In this document: positions 1 to 12,788 of the stretch, piece by piece
How positions within the stretch are numbered: the stretch's first letter is position 1
Layout: every line of letters begins with the position of its first letter
Assembly (NCBI RefSeq): GCF_006345805.1
Contig: NC_043009.1
Coordinates: 53,816,001-53,880,000, forward strand
Direction of reading: 5' to 3'
DNA from: Octopus sinensis
Lineage: Eukaryota
Length of the DNA stretch: 64,000 bases
Translations under genes and position numbers: made by a program
Notes under the pieces: model-generated
Databases searched by the model: none
Seen by the model: the letters and a program-made list of their open reading frames with translations, nothing else
Told to the model about the DNA's origin: nothing

Positions 1-685
1 AATTATGAATCATGTTTCAGAAATAAAATATAAAAACAAATCTGGTAGTTGTAGCATGGTGCGTTAATACAAAGAAATGCTAGGTTGCTAGACGATAAGT
101 TCCTTGTTATTGTGGAAAATTATATGGTTATGTATCGGATAATGTAACTTACCAATATTAGGTTCCAGTAAGGCACTATTTCTCCAAGAGTTTTCGTGAC
201 TTCAGTGCAAGCACCTCCAATAAACATTATCATCTCTGGTTTACAGTATATCAAATTGTAAAGAGCATCCGTAGCTATTCCGGGATCACACTGCAATGAA
301 TGACAAAGAAAGACATTGAAACTAACTGGCAGAAACCGAAGAAAGTCTGTTATTGAAACTTAAATAAACGATGTATAATATAACGTGACAGATCAAAGAA
401 TAGCGAAGAACGACGAGCCAGCATTCGAAGGAATAGTCTTACATAAAACATGAATAAATATAGAGGCTTGGTTTTTCGAATCTTTCACGTGAGGACGAAG
501 AATCGGGCTCTGGCCTAGAAACAAGACTCATTCATTGGAATTTAAAGACCAAATAAGATGCCTGCCATGCATTCATGTATGTATGTATGTATGTATGTAT
601 GTATGTATGTATGTATGTATGCATGTATGTATGTATGTATGTATGTATGTATGTATGTATGTATGCATGTATGCATGTATGTATG

Positions 686-719
<34 letters not shown>

Positions 720-1491
720 TGCATGTATGCATGTATGTATGTATGTATTCTTTGGAATTTCAACATCAACAACAGGGTATTTTGTATGTATGTATGTGTA
801 TGTATGTATGTATGTATGTATGTATGTATGTATGTATGCATGTATGTATGTATGTATGTATGTATGTATGTATGTATGTATGTATGTATGTATGCATGTA
901 TGTATGTATGTATGCATGTATGCATGTATGTATGTATGTATTCTTTGGAATTTCAACATCAACAACAGGGTATTTTGTATGTATGTATGTATGTATGTAT
1001 GTATGTATGTATGTATGTATGTATGTATGTATGTATGCATGTATGTATGTATGTATCTATGTATGTATGTATGTATGTATTTATGTATGTGTATGCGTGT
1101 GTATGCGTGTATGTCGATTCACGTGTGGTGTGTTATATTTTTGAGCAAAACACTTCATCTCACGTTGCCCTGTGATCACCTCGAGATCTGACGTGCACAT
1201 GGAGGGTGTAAGCCGATGTGTAGCACGAGCATATGATCAATATAAACAAATAACGAAAACATTATTCAGTGCTATTTAAACGGGTTGCATGACTTATTGG
1301 TTGTATGGTTATGACGTTATTCTCGCGATCATAAATTTCCAGGTTCGATCCAGCTACGTAGCCTCATCGGCAATTTTCTTCTAGCTGAACTTCAGTTCGA
1401 CTAAAACCTTGTGAATGAAATTGTGTCGACCCAATCAGTAAAGAAAGCCTGTCAGGCGAATTATGCTCGCTTTTAGGTAGTAGACTTAAAC

Positions 1492-1727
1492 CTATTTCTT
1501 TATTACCCACAAGGGGCTAAACATAGAGGGGACGACAAACGAGGACAGACATAGGCATTAAGTCGATTACATCGACCCCAGTGCGTAACTGGTACTTAAT
1601 TTATCGACGCCGAAAGGATGAAAGGCAAAGTCGACCTCGGCGGAATTTGAACTCACAACGTAACGGCAGCCGAAATACCGCTAAGCATTTCGCCCGACGT
1701 GCTAACGATTCTGCCAGCTTGCCGCCT
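1492..1727 (-). mobile_element. tRNA-derived SINE family A, full length, 11-bp TSD
   Basis: A-box and B-box-like head (GGCAGAATCGTT..GAGTTCAAATTCC), GCCTTTCATCCTTTCGG core, TSD TAGACTTAAAC at 1481-1491 and 1728-1738. Confidence 0.85.
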
Positions 1728-2084
1728 TAGACTTAAACATTAGACTTACTACGTTAGCCGTAGTAGACTTAAACCGCATTCCTGTTTTAACACAATCTAG
1801 TGGATTCTTTTTCTTTGCTTTCAGAAGAGTTCATTTTGTTGTCACCCATCAGGATTGGTTTCTGATGACCTATAAGGGGTAGAAGATAAATTGGAGCGTA
1901 ACATTCGAAGTTACTGTCAACCTTTTTCTTTGTAAACATTAATATACGTCTGTATATGTGTGCGGTCTGTGGGCGTGTTCATGAAATTCATCATGTTTAC
2001 ATCTGACAGCCACACCTGAGAACATGTGTACACCTAGTTAGAAGCAAAAAATGCAAAGTTACCATTTAGGGTCATGCTGGCACA

Positions 2085-2295
2085 TAAGGGTCAGTTTCCC
2101 GGTTTCATGGCGTATATATTTCCCATCTGGACGGGACGCCGGTCCGTCGCAGGATTACTCATTTTCGCCAGCTGAGTGGACTGGATCAATGTGAAATTGC
2201 TTTGTTCAGAAACACAACGCGTTGCTCGGTTCAGGAATAGAAATCAAAATATTACGATCATGGGTCAAACACCCTAACCACTAAACCACGCGTCT
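2085..2295 (-). mobile_element. SINE family E (CORE-like plus V-domain-like segment)
   Basis: Minus strand has CCACTCAGCTGGCGAAAATGAGTAATCCTGCGACGGACCGGCGTCCCGTCCAG; related copies at 21455-21590 (+) and 58235-58450 (-). Confidence 0.65.
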
Positions 2296-3859
2296 CGGCA
2301 CATGTACATCTGCATATACAACATGCACAAGCATACGTAAATATAAACGCATGCTTCCATACACGTATGTAAGGTAGTCTCTCAGGATAGAGAAAGACGG
2401 TTCTGCAATTTCTTTCTGAACAACAGACATTATTTGTTCGTTATTTGTTTATATTGATCATATCTTCGTGCTACACCCTCCATGTGCACGTCAGATCTCG
2501 AGGTGATTACAGAGCAACGTGAGATGAAGTGTTTTGCTCAAAAATATAACACACCGCACGTGAATCGACATACACGCAAGCATACGCATACACATACATA
2601 CATACATACATATCGTAACATTCCTTCGATAACATTTTTAGCACATTCATACATACATTCATATATATATACATACATACATACATACATACATACATAC
2701 ATACGAAATACCCTGTTGTTGATGTTGAAATTCCAAAGAATACATACATACATACATGCATACATGCATACATACATAGATACATACATACATACATACA
2801 TACATACATACATACAGACAGACAGACAGACATACATACATACATACATACATACATACATACAAAATACCCTGTTGTTGAAGTTGAAATTCCAAAGAAT
2901 ACATACATACATACATACATACAGACATACATACATACATACATTCATACATACATTCATACATACATACATACATACATACATACATACATACATACAT
3001 ACATACATACATGAATGCATGGCAGGCATCGTATTTGGTCTTTAAATTTCAATGAATGAGTCTTGTTTCTAGGCTAGAGCCCGATTCTTCGTCCTCACGT
3101 GAAAGATTCGAAAAACCAAGCCTCTATATTTATTCATATAAACTTTCATTCATTTATTTTGGAACATTAAAAGCGGAATTTGAATGTAATCACAGAAGAC
3201 AAATAAACAAAAAAAAACAGTAGAATTAAAACCGGCATCAACATTAAGAACAACAACAAAAAGAGTAGCGCTACAGCTGGCATCAAAATTAACAATAGCA
3301 GCAGCAGCACCAGCAGCAGCAGAATTACAGCTGGCATCAAAATAAAAAAGCAACAACAATACAACAACAGTGATCAGTATTCGAAATGATGATGACAATT
3401 AAGGCGTAGCGTATATTGACGCTGACTATTATGTTAATGATGATGGGAAAGACTCTTAATTAGAGCCATTACTTTAAAATTAGCTACCTCACAACTCTAC
3501 CCAAACCACATACACACACACGACATACGCACAGCAAACGCACAACAAACTTATTTTAATGAGTTTGTTAATTAAACAACAATTTAATCATGCAAATGAA
3601 TCACAGATACGTCATGTTATCGAGAGACAATCAGCTTCCATTTTGTCGTCATGGCACCAATCAAAAGCTATTGCTCATTACAAATGAACAATATTCTTTA
3701 ATTTTGCTGTTCATCATCCCCTTGTTGATTTGCTGATGTGATTGATGATGTTGGCCTGTTGTTGTTGTTGTTGTTGTTGATAATGCTGTTCTTAATGGTT
3801 ATGCCAATGCTAATATTTACTACTTGACTTATTTTCTTGCTTCACTCTTTAATTTGTTG

Positions 3860-4240
3860 CTACACTGAGGTACCGCCTTCAAGCGTATAGGAGAGAGAAA
3901 AATCGTCCCTATGACTTATATTCAAGTCAGATACATATCCCATTTGTCTTTTCTGCCGAACCATTAATTCACAGGGACTATATAGTCAGACACCGGTCGC
4001 CAGCTGTTGGTGGGAAACAAAAGCTCAAGAAAGTACACCACTCACACGCACGCATGCACACACACACACACGTACACACATATACGCACGCACACATAAT
4101 TCTTTATAGTTCCCGTCTGCTAAATTCCATCAAGTCATTAGTCAACCCGGTATTATATACACCCAAGCCATATAGTAGAAGACATTTGTACAAGGTACCG
4201 CGCAGTGGGGCTGAACCGAAATCCATGTGGTTTCAAATCA
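3860..4240 (-). mobile_element. Heavily degraded SINE family D copy
   Basis: Remnants CTTTTCTGCCGAACC, internal (CA)n and GCGCAGTGGGGCTGAACC. Confidence 0.5.
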
Positions 4241-4254
4241 ACATTGCCTTTCAG

Positions 4255-4372
4255 CGCTTTGTACTCGAGAAAATACAGTACCGGTCAAGTAGTGAGACTA
4301 ATACAGCTGTTATACATGCTCTTCAAAGCATTTTAGCTTTGAACTCTGTAATGGATCGACGCCCGGTTGAAA
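4255..4372 (+). CDS. Candidate internal host exon (RFVLEKIQYRSSSETNTAVIHALQSILALNSVMDRRPVE), product unknown
   Basis: Acceptor TTGCCTTTCAG, donor GTGAGT at 4373, only one open frame; no homology recognised. Confidence 0.3.
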
Positions 4373-4526
4373 GTGAGTGCACTAATCTCAGGTTTTTTAT
4401 ACACCATGAAAACAGGGTAAGCAGCCTTATGATCGAGAAAGGAAACGTTATAATCAAGCTGAATTATGAAACAAAATATGACCTTTCTCTCGTTCCATAC
4501 TTCATTATTACTTCATATTGGTTTCA

Positions 4527-4950
4527 GATTTTGGCACAATTTTGGGGAAAGGGCTAGTCGTTTACACCGTCCCCCGTGCTCAGCTAATACTATGTGTATA
4601 TTCTATTGATATTCAAAGGATGAAAGGCAATGTCCACCCTGGCGTGATCTAAGATCAGAACGGGAAGACCGACGAAATGCCACTAAGCATTTGGCTCAGC
4701 GTGCTAATCATTCTGCCAACTCACCGTCTTACTACTAATATTAATGGTTTCAAATTTTGGCACAAGGCCAGCTAATTCGCGAGAAGTGGAGTAAGTTATT
4801 TACACTAACCTCAGTGCTCAACTGGCACTTGTTTTATCGTTCCGAAAATACATGAAAGTTAAATCGATATCGAAGTAATTTGAAGATGTACGAAATCTCG
4901 CTGAGCATTTTGTCCAACATGTTAACAGTTCTGCCTGCTCGCCGCCTTGC
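4527..4950 (-). mobile_element. Two adjacent degraded SINE-A-related copies (tail ..GTGCCAAAATTTGAAACC)
   Basis: Heads end at about 4730 and 4950 (TCTGCC..CTCGCCGCCTT-like); both have TTTTGGCACAA tails. Confidence 0.6.
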
Positions 4951-5077
4951 CTCATTATTTAACATGAAAGTCTAAAATGGGATCAGTATTTTTCAACAAA
5001 AAGCGTGTCTTAATGTCTAGGGAATTCGGTTCACGATCGTAAAGTCATGAGTTAAATTCCCGGCCTCTCATTGTATC

Positions 5078-5497
5078 CTTTATTTCTTTATTGCTCACAA
5101 GGGGCTAGACACAGAGGGGACAAACAAGGTCAGACAAATGGATTAAGTCGACTACATCGACCCCAGTGCGTAACTGGTACTTATTTAATCGACCCCGAAA
5201 GGATGAAAGGCAAAGTCGACCTCGGCGGAATTTGAACTCAGAACGTAGCAACAGACGAAATACCTATTTCTTTACTGCCCACAAGGGGCTAAGCACAGAA
5301 GGGACAAACAACGACAGAGAAACGGATTAGGTCGATTATATCGACCCCAGTGCGTAACTGGTACTTATTTAATCGACCCCGAAAGGATGAAAGGCAAAGT
5401 CGACCTCGGCGGAATTTGAACTTAGAACGTAGCGGCAGACGAAATACTGTTAAGCATTTCACCCGGCCTCCTAACGAGTCTGCCAGCTCGCCGCCTT
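5078..5497 (-). mobile_element. SINE family A with a tandem duplication of its ~185-bp body
   Basis: Full copy 5263-5497 is followed on the minus strand by a second body 5078-5262 that starts at the internal GTATTTCG. Confidence 0.8.
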
Positions 5498-6107
5498 CTC
5501 TATTAGCAAGAAATCTTGACATAAAACTGAATAATGACATACAGGCATACATACATGTATACATACATACATGCATATTTGCATGCATGGTGGGCAGCCT
5601 ATTTGGTCTTTAAATTCCAATGAATGAGTCTTGTTTCTAAGCTTGAAAGCCGAAATTCGTTGTATCCTTGAGCAAAACACTTCGTCTCTCGTTACTCCAG
5701 TCCACTCAGCTAGTAAAAGTGACTTGTAGCTGTAGTTCAAAGGACCAGCCTTGTCATTCTACATCTACAGCCGTGTCATTCTACATCTCTCCCTGAGAAA
5801 TAAGTTATGAGTACGCGTGATTCTGGAGTGATCAGTGACTTGCAGGTTAATTTCACGAGCAGATTGTTCCGTTAATCAGATAAACTGAAACACGCGTCGT
5901 CATAAGCGATGGAGAGTCGGACCAGGTCCGGTAATGTGTAATTTGAGGCGGAATTTAACTATCATTTCTAAGAGCTCAAGTATTATTGTTATTATAATCC
6001 TTTTCGCTACTGTTTTTGGTATTGTTCGGCATTGTATGTCTTTTGCTGTTATTTCATTGTAACCATTGTTAAACCGAAGTCTCTTCTCAATTATGTTACT
6101 GTTATGT

Positions 6108-6498
6108 GTGGGGGCGCAATGGCCCAGTGGTTAGGGCAGCGGACTCGCGGTCATAGGATCGCGGTTTCGATTCCCAGACCGGACGTTGTGAGTGTTTATT
6201 GAGCGAAAAAAACCTAAAGCTCCACGAGGCTCCGGCAGGGGATGGTGGTAATCCCTGCTGTACTCTTTCACCACAACTTTCTCTCACTCTTACTTCCTGT
6301 TTCTGTTGTACCTGTATTTCAAGGGGCCGGCCTTGTCACTCTCTGTGTCACGCCGAATATCCCCGAGAACTACGTTAAGGGTACACGTGTCTGTGGAGTG
6401 CTCAGCCACTTACACGTTAATTTCACGAGCAGGCTGTCCCGTTGATCGGATCAACCGGAACCCTCGTCGTCGTAACCGACGGAGTGCTCCCCCCACCC
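6108..6498 (+). mobile_element. tRNA-derived SINE family C flanked by a ~168-bp direct duplication
   Basis: Highly similar to 11411-11795; flanks 5939-6107 and 6499-6666 are nearly identical. Confidence 0.85.
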
Positions 6499-7849
6499 TA
6501 ATTTGAGGGGAATTTAACTACTATTTCTAAGAGCTCAAGTATTATAGTTATTATAATCCTTTTCGCTACTGTTTTTGGTATTGTTCGGCATTGTATGTCT
6601 TTTGCTGTTATTTCATTGTAACCATTGTTAAACCGAAGTCTCTTCTCAATTATGTTACTGTTATGTAGACATTATTATTATTATTGTGGCTAGTTTTGGT
6701 TTGTTGAAGTTGTTGTTGCTACTGTCACTGATATTACTGCTGTGCCTAGTTTTGCGGTTGTCGTTGTTGTTGTTGTTGCTGTTACTACTCTTATTATTCG
6801 TAGTTGTTGTTCATGCTGTTATTGTAGTTGATGTTGTTGTTATAATCCTGAATTCTTAGACTTTCTGTGTTTTTTCTTCAAATAATTATTACTCTCCGTT
6901 TTCTATTTGTATTCTGCTTCAAGACGATAAGACACATAAAATATATCGAAGATTTCGCTGTCACACATAGCGGTAACAATAAAGATTAGACTACTACTAC
7001 TACTACTACTACTACTGCTACTACTACTACTACTACTACTACTACTGCTGCTGCAGCAGCTACTGCTGCTGCTGATGATGATGATGATGACGACAAAGAC
7101 GACAGTGATGATGATGATGATGATGATGATGATAGTGATAGTGTTTTCAGAGGAGCAAATGATGAGAAACTTTACTAGTTTAATTACAATGACGGATATG
7201 ATAAATGTAAGTAGCAATAACGCTAGATTTGTTGATTGTAGTTTGTCCTATTTAGATAAATGATGATGATGATGATGATGAGGAGGAGGAGGAGGATGAT
7301 AATGATTATGAAGAGGAAGAGGAGGAGGGAATACGAAGGAGGAGAAGGAAGAAGAAGAGGGGCATGAGGATGAGGAAGCTGAGGCTGACAATAATGATAA
7401 TAATAATGCATATTGTGTCATGATTATGTCTATCTGTTATGAGAAAAGTACAACGAATATTATGTCGAAAATGTGTATGACTATGCGCATATATGTATGT
7501 ATGTATGTGTATATATATATATATGTGTGTGTGTGCGTCTGTGGGGGTGCGTGTGTGTGTGTATACTCACATATGTATACGCGCTCACACACATATATGC
7601 ATATACAGACATATATATATATATATATATAATTAATAAATATTGTTGTTGTATATATATATATATATATATATTTCGCTTTTGGATTTGGTTTGCAATA
7701 TTCATTATATGAGTTCGTGTGTGGAAACATATTCTGTTGTGTCTGGGGAGAGTCATTTTCTGTTGGTGCCTTATAATGTAACAGACTCACCGGTAAAATT
7801 CACCATGTTGAAAATTAGATTGAAATCAGGCAAAAGCTGTGCAATCTTA

Positions 7850-9256
7850 AAATAACTTAGCGTTTCGCCAATCGAGATCAATCAAATTACTGCTCGGTTC
7901 ACCAAAGGAGTTCGATGAAATAACACAGCGGTTCGACAAAGGGGTTCGATGAAATAACACAGCGGTTCGCCAAAGGAGTTCGAAAAAATAACTTAGCGGT
8001 TCGCCATAGAAGATTGATAAAATAACTTAGTCAAAGGAGTACGATAAAATAATCTAGTGGTTCACCAAACGTGATCGATAAAATAACCTAGAGGTTAGTC
8101 CAAGAAGAGCGATAAAATAACTTAGAGGTCAGCCAAACGAGATCCATAAGATAACTTAGCGATTCGCCGAAGGCGATCGATAAAATAACTTAGCGGTTCG
8201 CCAATAGAGATCGATAAAATAACCTACCGGTTCGACAAAAAGGTTCGATAAAATAACTTAGTGACTCGCCAAAGGATATCGATAAAATAACTAGAGGTTC
8301 GCCACAGGAGATCGAAAAATTAACGTAGCGGTTTGTTAAAAGGTGGTCGATAAAACAACTTTCCGGTTTACCAAAGGATATCAATAAAATACGCTATCGG
8401 TTCGCCAATCGTGATCGATAATATAACATAGCGGTTTACCACAACGTTATCGATAAAATAAGCTAGCGGTTCGCCAAACGCGGCCGATAAAATAACTTAG
8501 CGGTTCGACAAAGGTGTGCGATAAAATAATCTAGCGGTTCACCAAAGGAGATCGATAGAATAATGTAGCGGTTCGCCAAACGAGTCGATAAAATAACTTA
8601 GCGGTTCGCCGAAGTTAATCGATAAAATATGTTAGAGTTTTGCCAATCGCGATATATTAAATTTCCTTTGCGGTTCGCCAAAGGAGATCGATTAAATAAC
8701 TTAACGTTTCGCCTACCGTGATCGATAAAATAACTTAGCGGTACGCCAAAGGAAGTTGATAAAAAACTTAGCGGTTCGCCAAAGAAAGATCGATAATATA
8801 ACTTAGCGGTTCGCCAAAAGATTACGATAAAATAACATAGTGGTTCGCCAAAGAAGATCAATAAAATAAATTAGCGGTTCGCCAAAAGTGATCCATAAGA
8901 TAACTTTACGATTGGCCAAGGGAGTTTGATAAAATAACTTAGAGTTTCGCCAAAGAAAGATCGATAAAATAACATAATGATTCCACAAACGTGATAGATA
9001 AAATAACTCAGCGGTTCGCCAAAGACGATCGATAAAATATTCTAGCGATTCGCCAAATGTGATCGATGAAATAACTTCGCCAAAGTATATCGATAAAATA
9101 ACATAGAGGTTCGCCAAAGGAAATCGATAAAAGAACTTAGTGTTTCACCAAACGAGATCGATAAAATAACTTAGCGGTTCGCCAAAGGAATTCAATAAAA
9201 TAACTTAGTGTTTCGCCACTCGATATCGCAGTTCGGCAAAGGAATTCGGTAAAATA
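7850..9256 (+). repeat. 34-bp minisatellite, ~41 diverged copies
   Basis: Consensus ACTTAGCGGTTCGCCAAAGGAGATCGATAAAATA; TAAAAT at 8181 recurs at 8215. Confidence 0.95.
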
Positions 9257-9279
9257 CACGCACACACACACACACATAT

Positions 9280-9612
9280 AAAGACCCCCTTCGGTCATGA
9301 ATGGCCATGGGATTGCACCTAGAAAGTTACCCTCCTAGACACAAGTCCAGGCAAGGTTGTTTATGGAAGACCAGCAGTCGCCCATGCATACCAGCCTCCC
9401 CTCTCCACGCCACCAGTGTTATCCAAGGGAAAGACAAAGGTCGATACAGCTTGACATCTGTGACGTCGCAACTCATTTCTACAGCTGAGTGAACTGGAGC
9501 AACGTGAAATAAAGTCCCTTGCTCAAGATCACAACACGCAGCCCGGTCCGGGATTCGAGCTCACAACCTCACGATCGTAAGCTCCACGCTCTAACCACTG
9601 AGCCATGCGCCT
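9280..9612 (-). mobile_element. tRNA-Arg-like CORE-SINE family B
   Basis: Reverse complement of 12789-13121; tRNA head with TTACGAT loop; CORE-like TTGAGCAAGG(G)AC..CACGTTGCTCCAGT. Confidence 0.85.
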
Positions 9613-9660
9613 TCCATATATATATGAGTATATACATATGTATGTATATGTATGAAAATT

Positions 9661-9701
<41 letters not shown>

Positions 9702-10900
9702 TATATATATATACATATACACATAGATTTTCATACATATACATACATATGTATATACTCATATGTCTCTAGTTACACATATTTACATATATTTGTAATC
9801 ATAATTATGTACCTACAGAGAGCTAATAGGGTCTGCGGCCCCAAACTAGAGAGAATATTTATAATAAAGCATTTATTGGTACTGTTCCATCTCAGAAGTA
9901 TTCACAAAGTTTTGGTATTACTTAAAATTCTATACTTTGATACTTTGATACTTTGATAGGTTTCGGCCATTATTGGCCCAGGCCATGTCTAACTTATATA
10001 AATGTCTAACTTATATAAATGAAAATAATTTCAACTGTTGGCATACAACAAATCCTCATCCAAGCGTGATCCTAATGCTGCTTGCTCAAGGACCAAATTA
10101 AGGGCAGAGTTTCAATCTTGGGATTATTTTGAATCCAAAATGTTATATGTCTATGCAGAGTAAATGTAGACTAAGATACAGGGTGTACACGACGTACAGA
10201 CAGAATTTCGCGTTTATTATAAAAGATGGATATGTCTATGTGCACGCACACACGCTCGTGCGTACGTATGTGTGCCTATGTGTCTGAGCGTGTGTCTGTG
10301 TGTTTATACATATATATGCATATGGATACACATACTTCCAAATGTCGACCATTGACTGCATTGGTGAATGTCAATTTATTCAAATAACATACTTTTTTTT
10401 TTCTTCCTTAGTTCTTCACACACTTGAAAGTTTGTTAATGGCTTGGAAAACTTGTCGAAAACAAGAGATCATCTAACGAGGGAGACACATACATCATGAC
10501 ATTTCCGTAATTATACTAATTTCCATTACAATTTGCCCCGATGAAACGACAGTCATTATACGCATGTATATAGATAAGTGCTTCGAAATGTGCATGGGCA
10601 CATGTTTGTCACTATATACGTACATATATATATATATAAATTGTTTTACACACACATTTATATATTGATATCTGTGTGTGCATAGATGAGATTAAATGCA
10701 TTTACCAAAGTAAGTATGGATATAGTTAGAGTGCCGTCAAATCATTATCGTGATTTCATTTATTGAGTGTCTAATCATTATGTCAGACACTAACTAGATT
10801 GTCACCTATTTCATTGTCATATGCTTGTCTCTTTAAATGTATGAATGTTAAGAAGTTTACGACCTGCTCTATGTATCTGTCTAAGTGATATATATATATG

Positions 10901-11034
<134 letters not shown>

Positions 11035-11218
11035 ATATATATATATTACATATATATGTATGTATGTATGTATACATATTTATAATTTATATATGTATAA
11101 ATAATCATATTCTATATACATATATATATACATATACACATATATATATGTACATACACAAACGTAAACACACATACACACACACACACACACACACCCA
11201 CACACACACACATATATA

Positions 11219-11262
<44 letters not shown>

Positions 11263-11410
11263 TTTTATGTATGTATATATGAATGTACTCCTATGGGAGT
11301 GTTGTTTCTCTACGTACCTCTGTGTATGTGTATCTTCACATATTCAATATATATGTTAATATTTATATATTTATATGTAACTATGTATATATATATATAT
11401 ATATACGCAC

Positions 11411-11795
11411 GTGGAGGCGCAATGACCCAGTGGTTAGGGCAGCGGACTCGCGGTCATAGGATCGCGGTTTCGATTCCCAGACCGGGCGTTGTGAGTGTTT
11501 ATTGAGCAAAAACACCTAAAAGCTCCACGAGGCTCCAGCAGGGAATGGTGGTGATCCCTGTTGTACTCTTTCACCACAACTTTCTCTCACTCTTACTTCC
11601 TGTTTCTGTTGTACCTGTATTTCAAGGGGCCGTCCTTGTCACTCTCTGTGTCACGCTGAATATCCCCGAGAACTACGTTAAGGGTGCACGTGTCTGTGGA
11701 GTGCTTAGCCACTTACACGTTAATTTCACGAGCAGGCTATTCTGTTGATTCGGATCAACCGGAACCCTCATCGTCGTAACCGACGGAGTGCTTCC
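11411..11795 (+). mobile_element. tRNA-derived SINE family C
   Basis: GGCGCAATG(A)CCCAGTGGTTAGGGCAGCGGACTCGCGG head; short ATATATATACGC duplication at the flanks. Confidence 0.85.
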
Positions 11796-11839
11796 ATATA
11801 TATACGCGCACACAGACACACACACACAAACACACACAG

Positions 11840-11934
<95 letters not shown>

Positions 11935-12675
11935 CAGTTAAGGATTCAAAAGGTTTCTATTTTAAAAAATCCGTTGGAAACAGCTGTAATTATGAGACGT
12001 TTAGCCGTTATTTGTTATATATTTGTTTATATGTATTTGTGTGCGTGTGTGTATGTACCTGTCTGTCTGTGTGTCTTGTCTCTGACTGTATGAATGCATA
12101 CATTTTTGTCGCAAAATTCGTGATCAGTATTTGTATGCCACTGATTTTTCTTTGCTTATAATCACTAAATATCCAAATGAAATGTTCCCTGAAGACGTAT
12201 ACCGCAGTATTACGCCGTTCTTATAAAACATCCAATTTAAGTAGGATGACTGGTCTATACTCAGAAACCCTGGTCCGTGTGTCGCGTCAGGATGGAGATG
12301 GGAATGATGACTTCGCTATGCAATTACTGATAGGACACAGACAGTGTATCAATATCCAGCTACAGGGGATGCCTTCCTGGGGCTACAAACTACAGTAGCA
12401 TCAACCCTTAAGGGTTAGCCACATGTAAGTGAAAATATACTTCACAATGTCCTGTAGCTACTGTTTATACCTCGCTCGGAGATATATTTTTGCTTGTTTT
12501 CACTTTTTCGATATCAGTGACTTTTCGTCACTGGAAAAAGGATATATATATATAAATACAATAAGAGGCTTCAAAATAGGAAAGCGTTGTGCTAGAAAGA
12601 GCAGTAGAAATCTCAAAGACCACAAAAAAGGATAAATTCTCGAAAGGAATGAAAATTAAAAACGTTTACCATCTC

Positions 12676-12767
<92 letters not shown>

Positions 12768-12788
12768 ATATATATATATATTTGTATC

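Larger units (their letters stand above)
450..3137. repeat. Large inverted duplication (arms 450-1257 and 2437-3137) containing composite (ATGT)n arrays
   Basis: Unique flanks and 37-bp interruption units (748-784, 941-977) are reverse-complemented in the right arm; partial third copy at 5560-5640. Confidence 0.9.

Noticed and set aside
470-540. Hammerhead in the outer part of the 450-3137 inverted arms (GGACGA..GAAAC)
   Set aside because: No CTGANGA core and no stem I or III pairing found.
532-1191. Long ORFs rich in MYVC / HTYI / YI
   Set aside because: Translations of (ATGT)n, (TA)n and (CA)n; the same holds for most ORFs in the track.
1825-1880. Plus-strand exon after TTCTTTTTCTTTGCTTTCAG
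   Set aside because: Good acceptor but only a weak donor and early stops in all frames.
7850-9256. CRISPR-like array
   Set aside because: Units are contiguous 34-mers with no unique spacers, no cas genes, and the context is eukaryotic.
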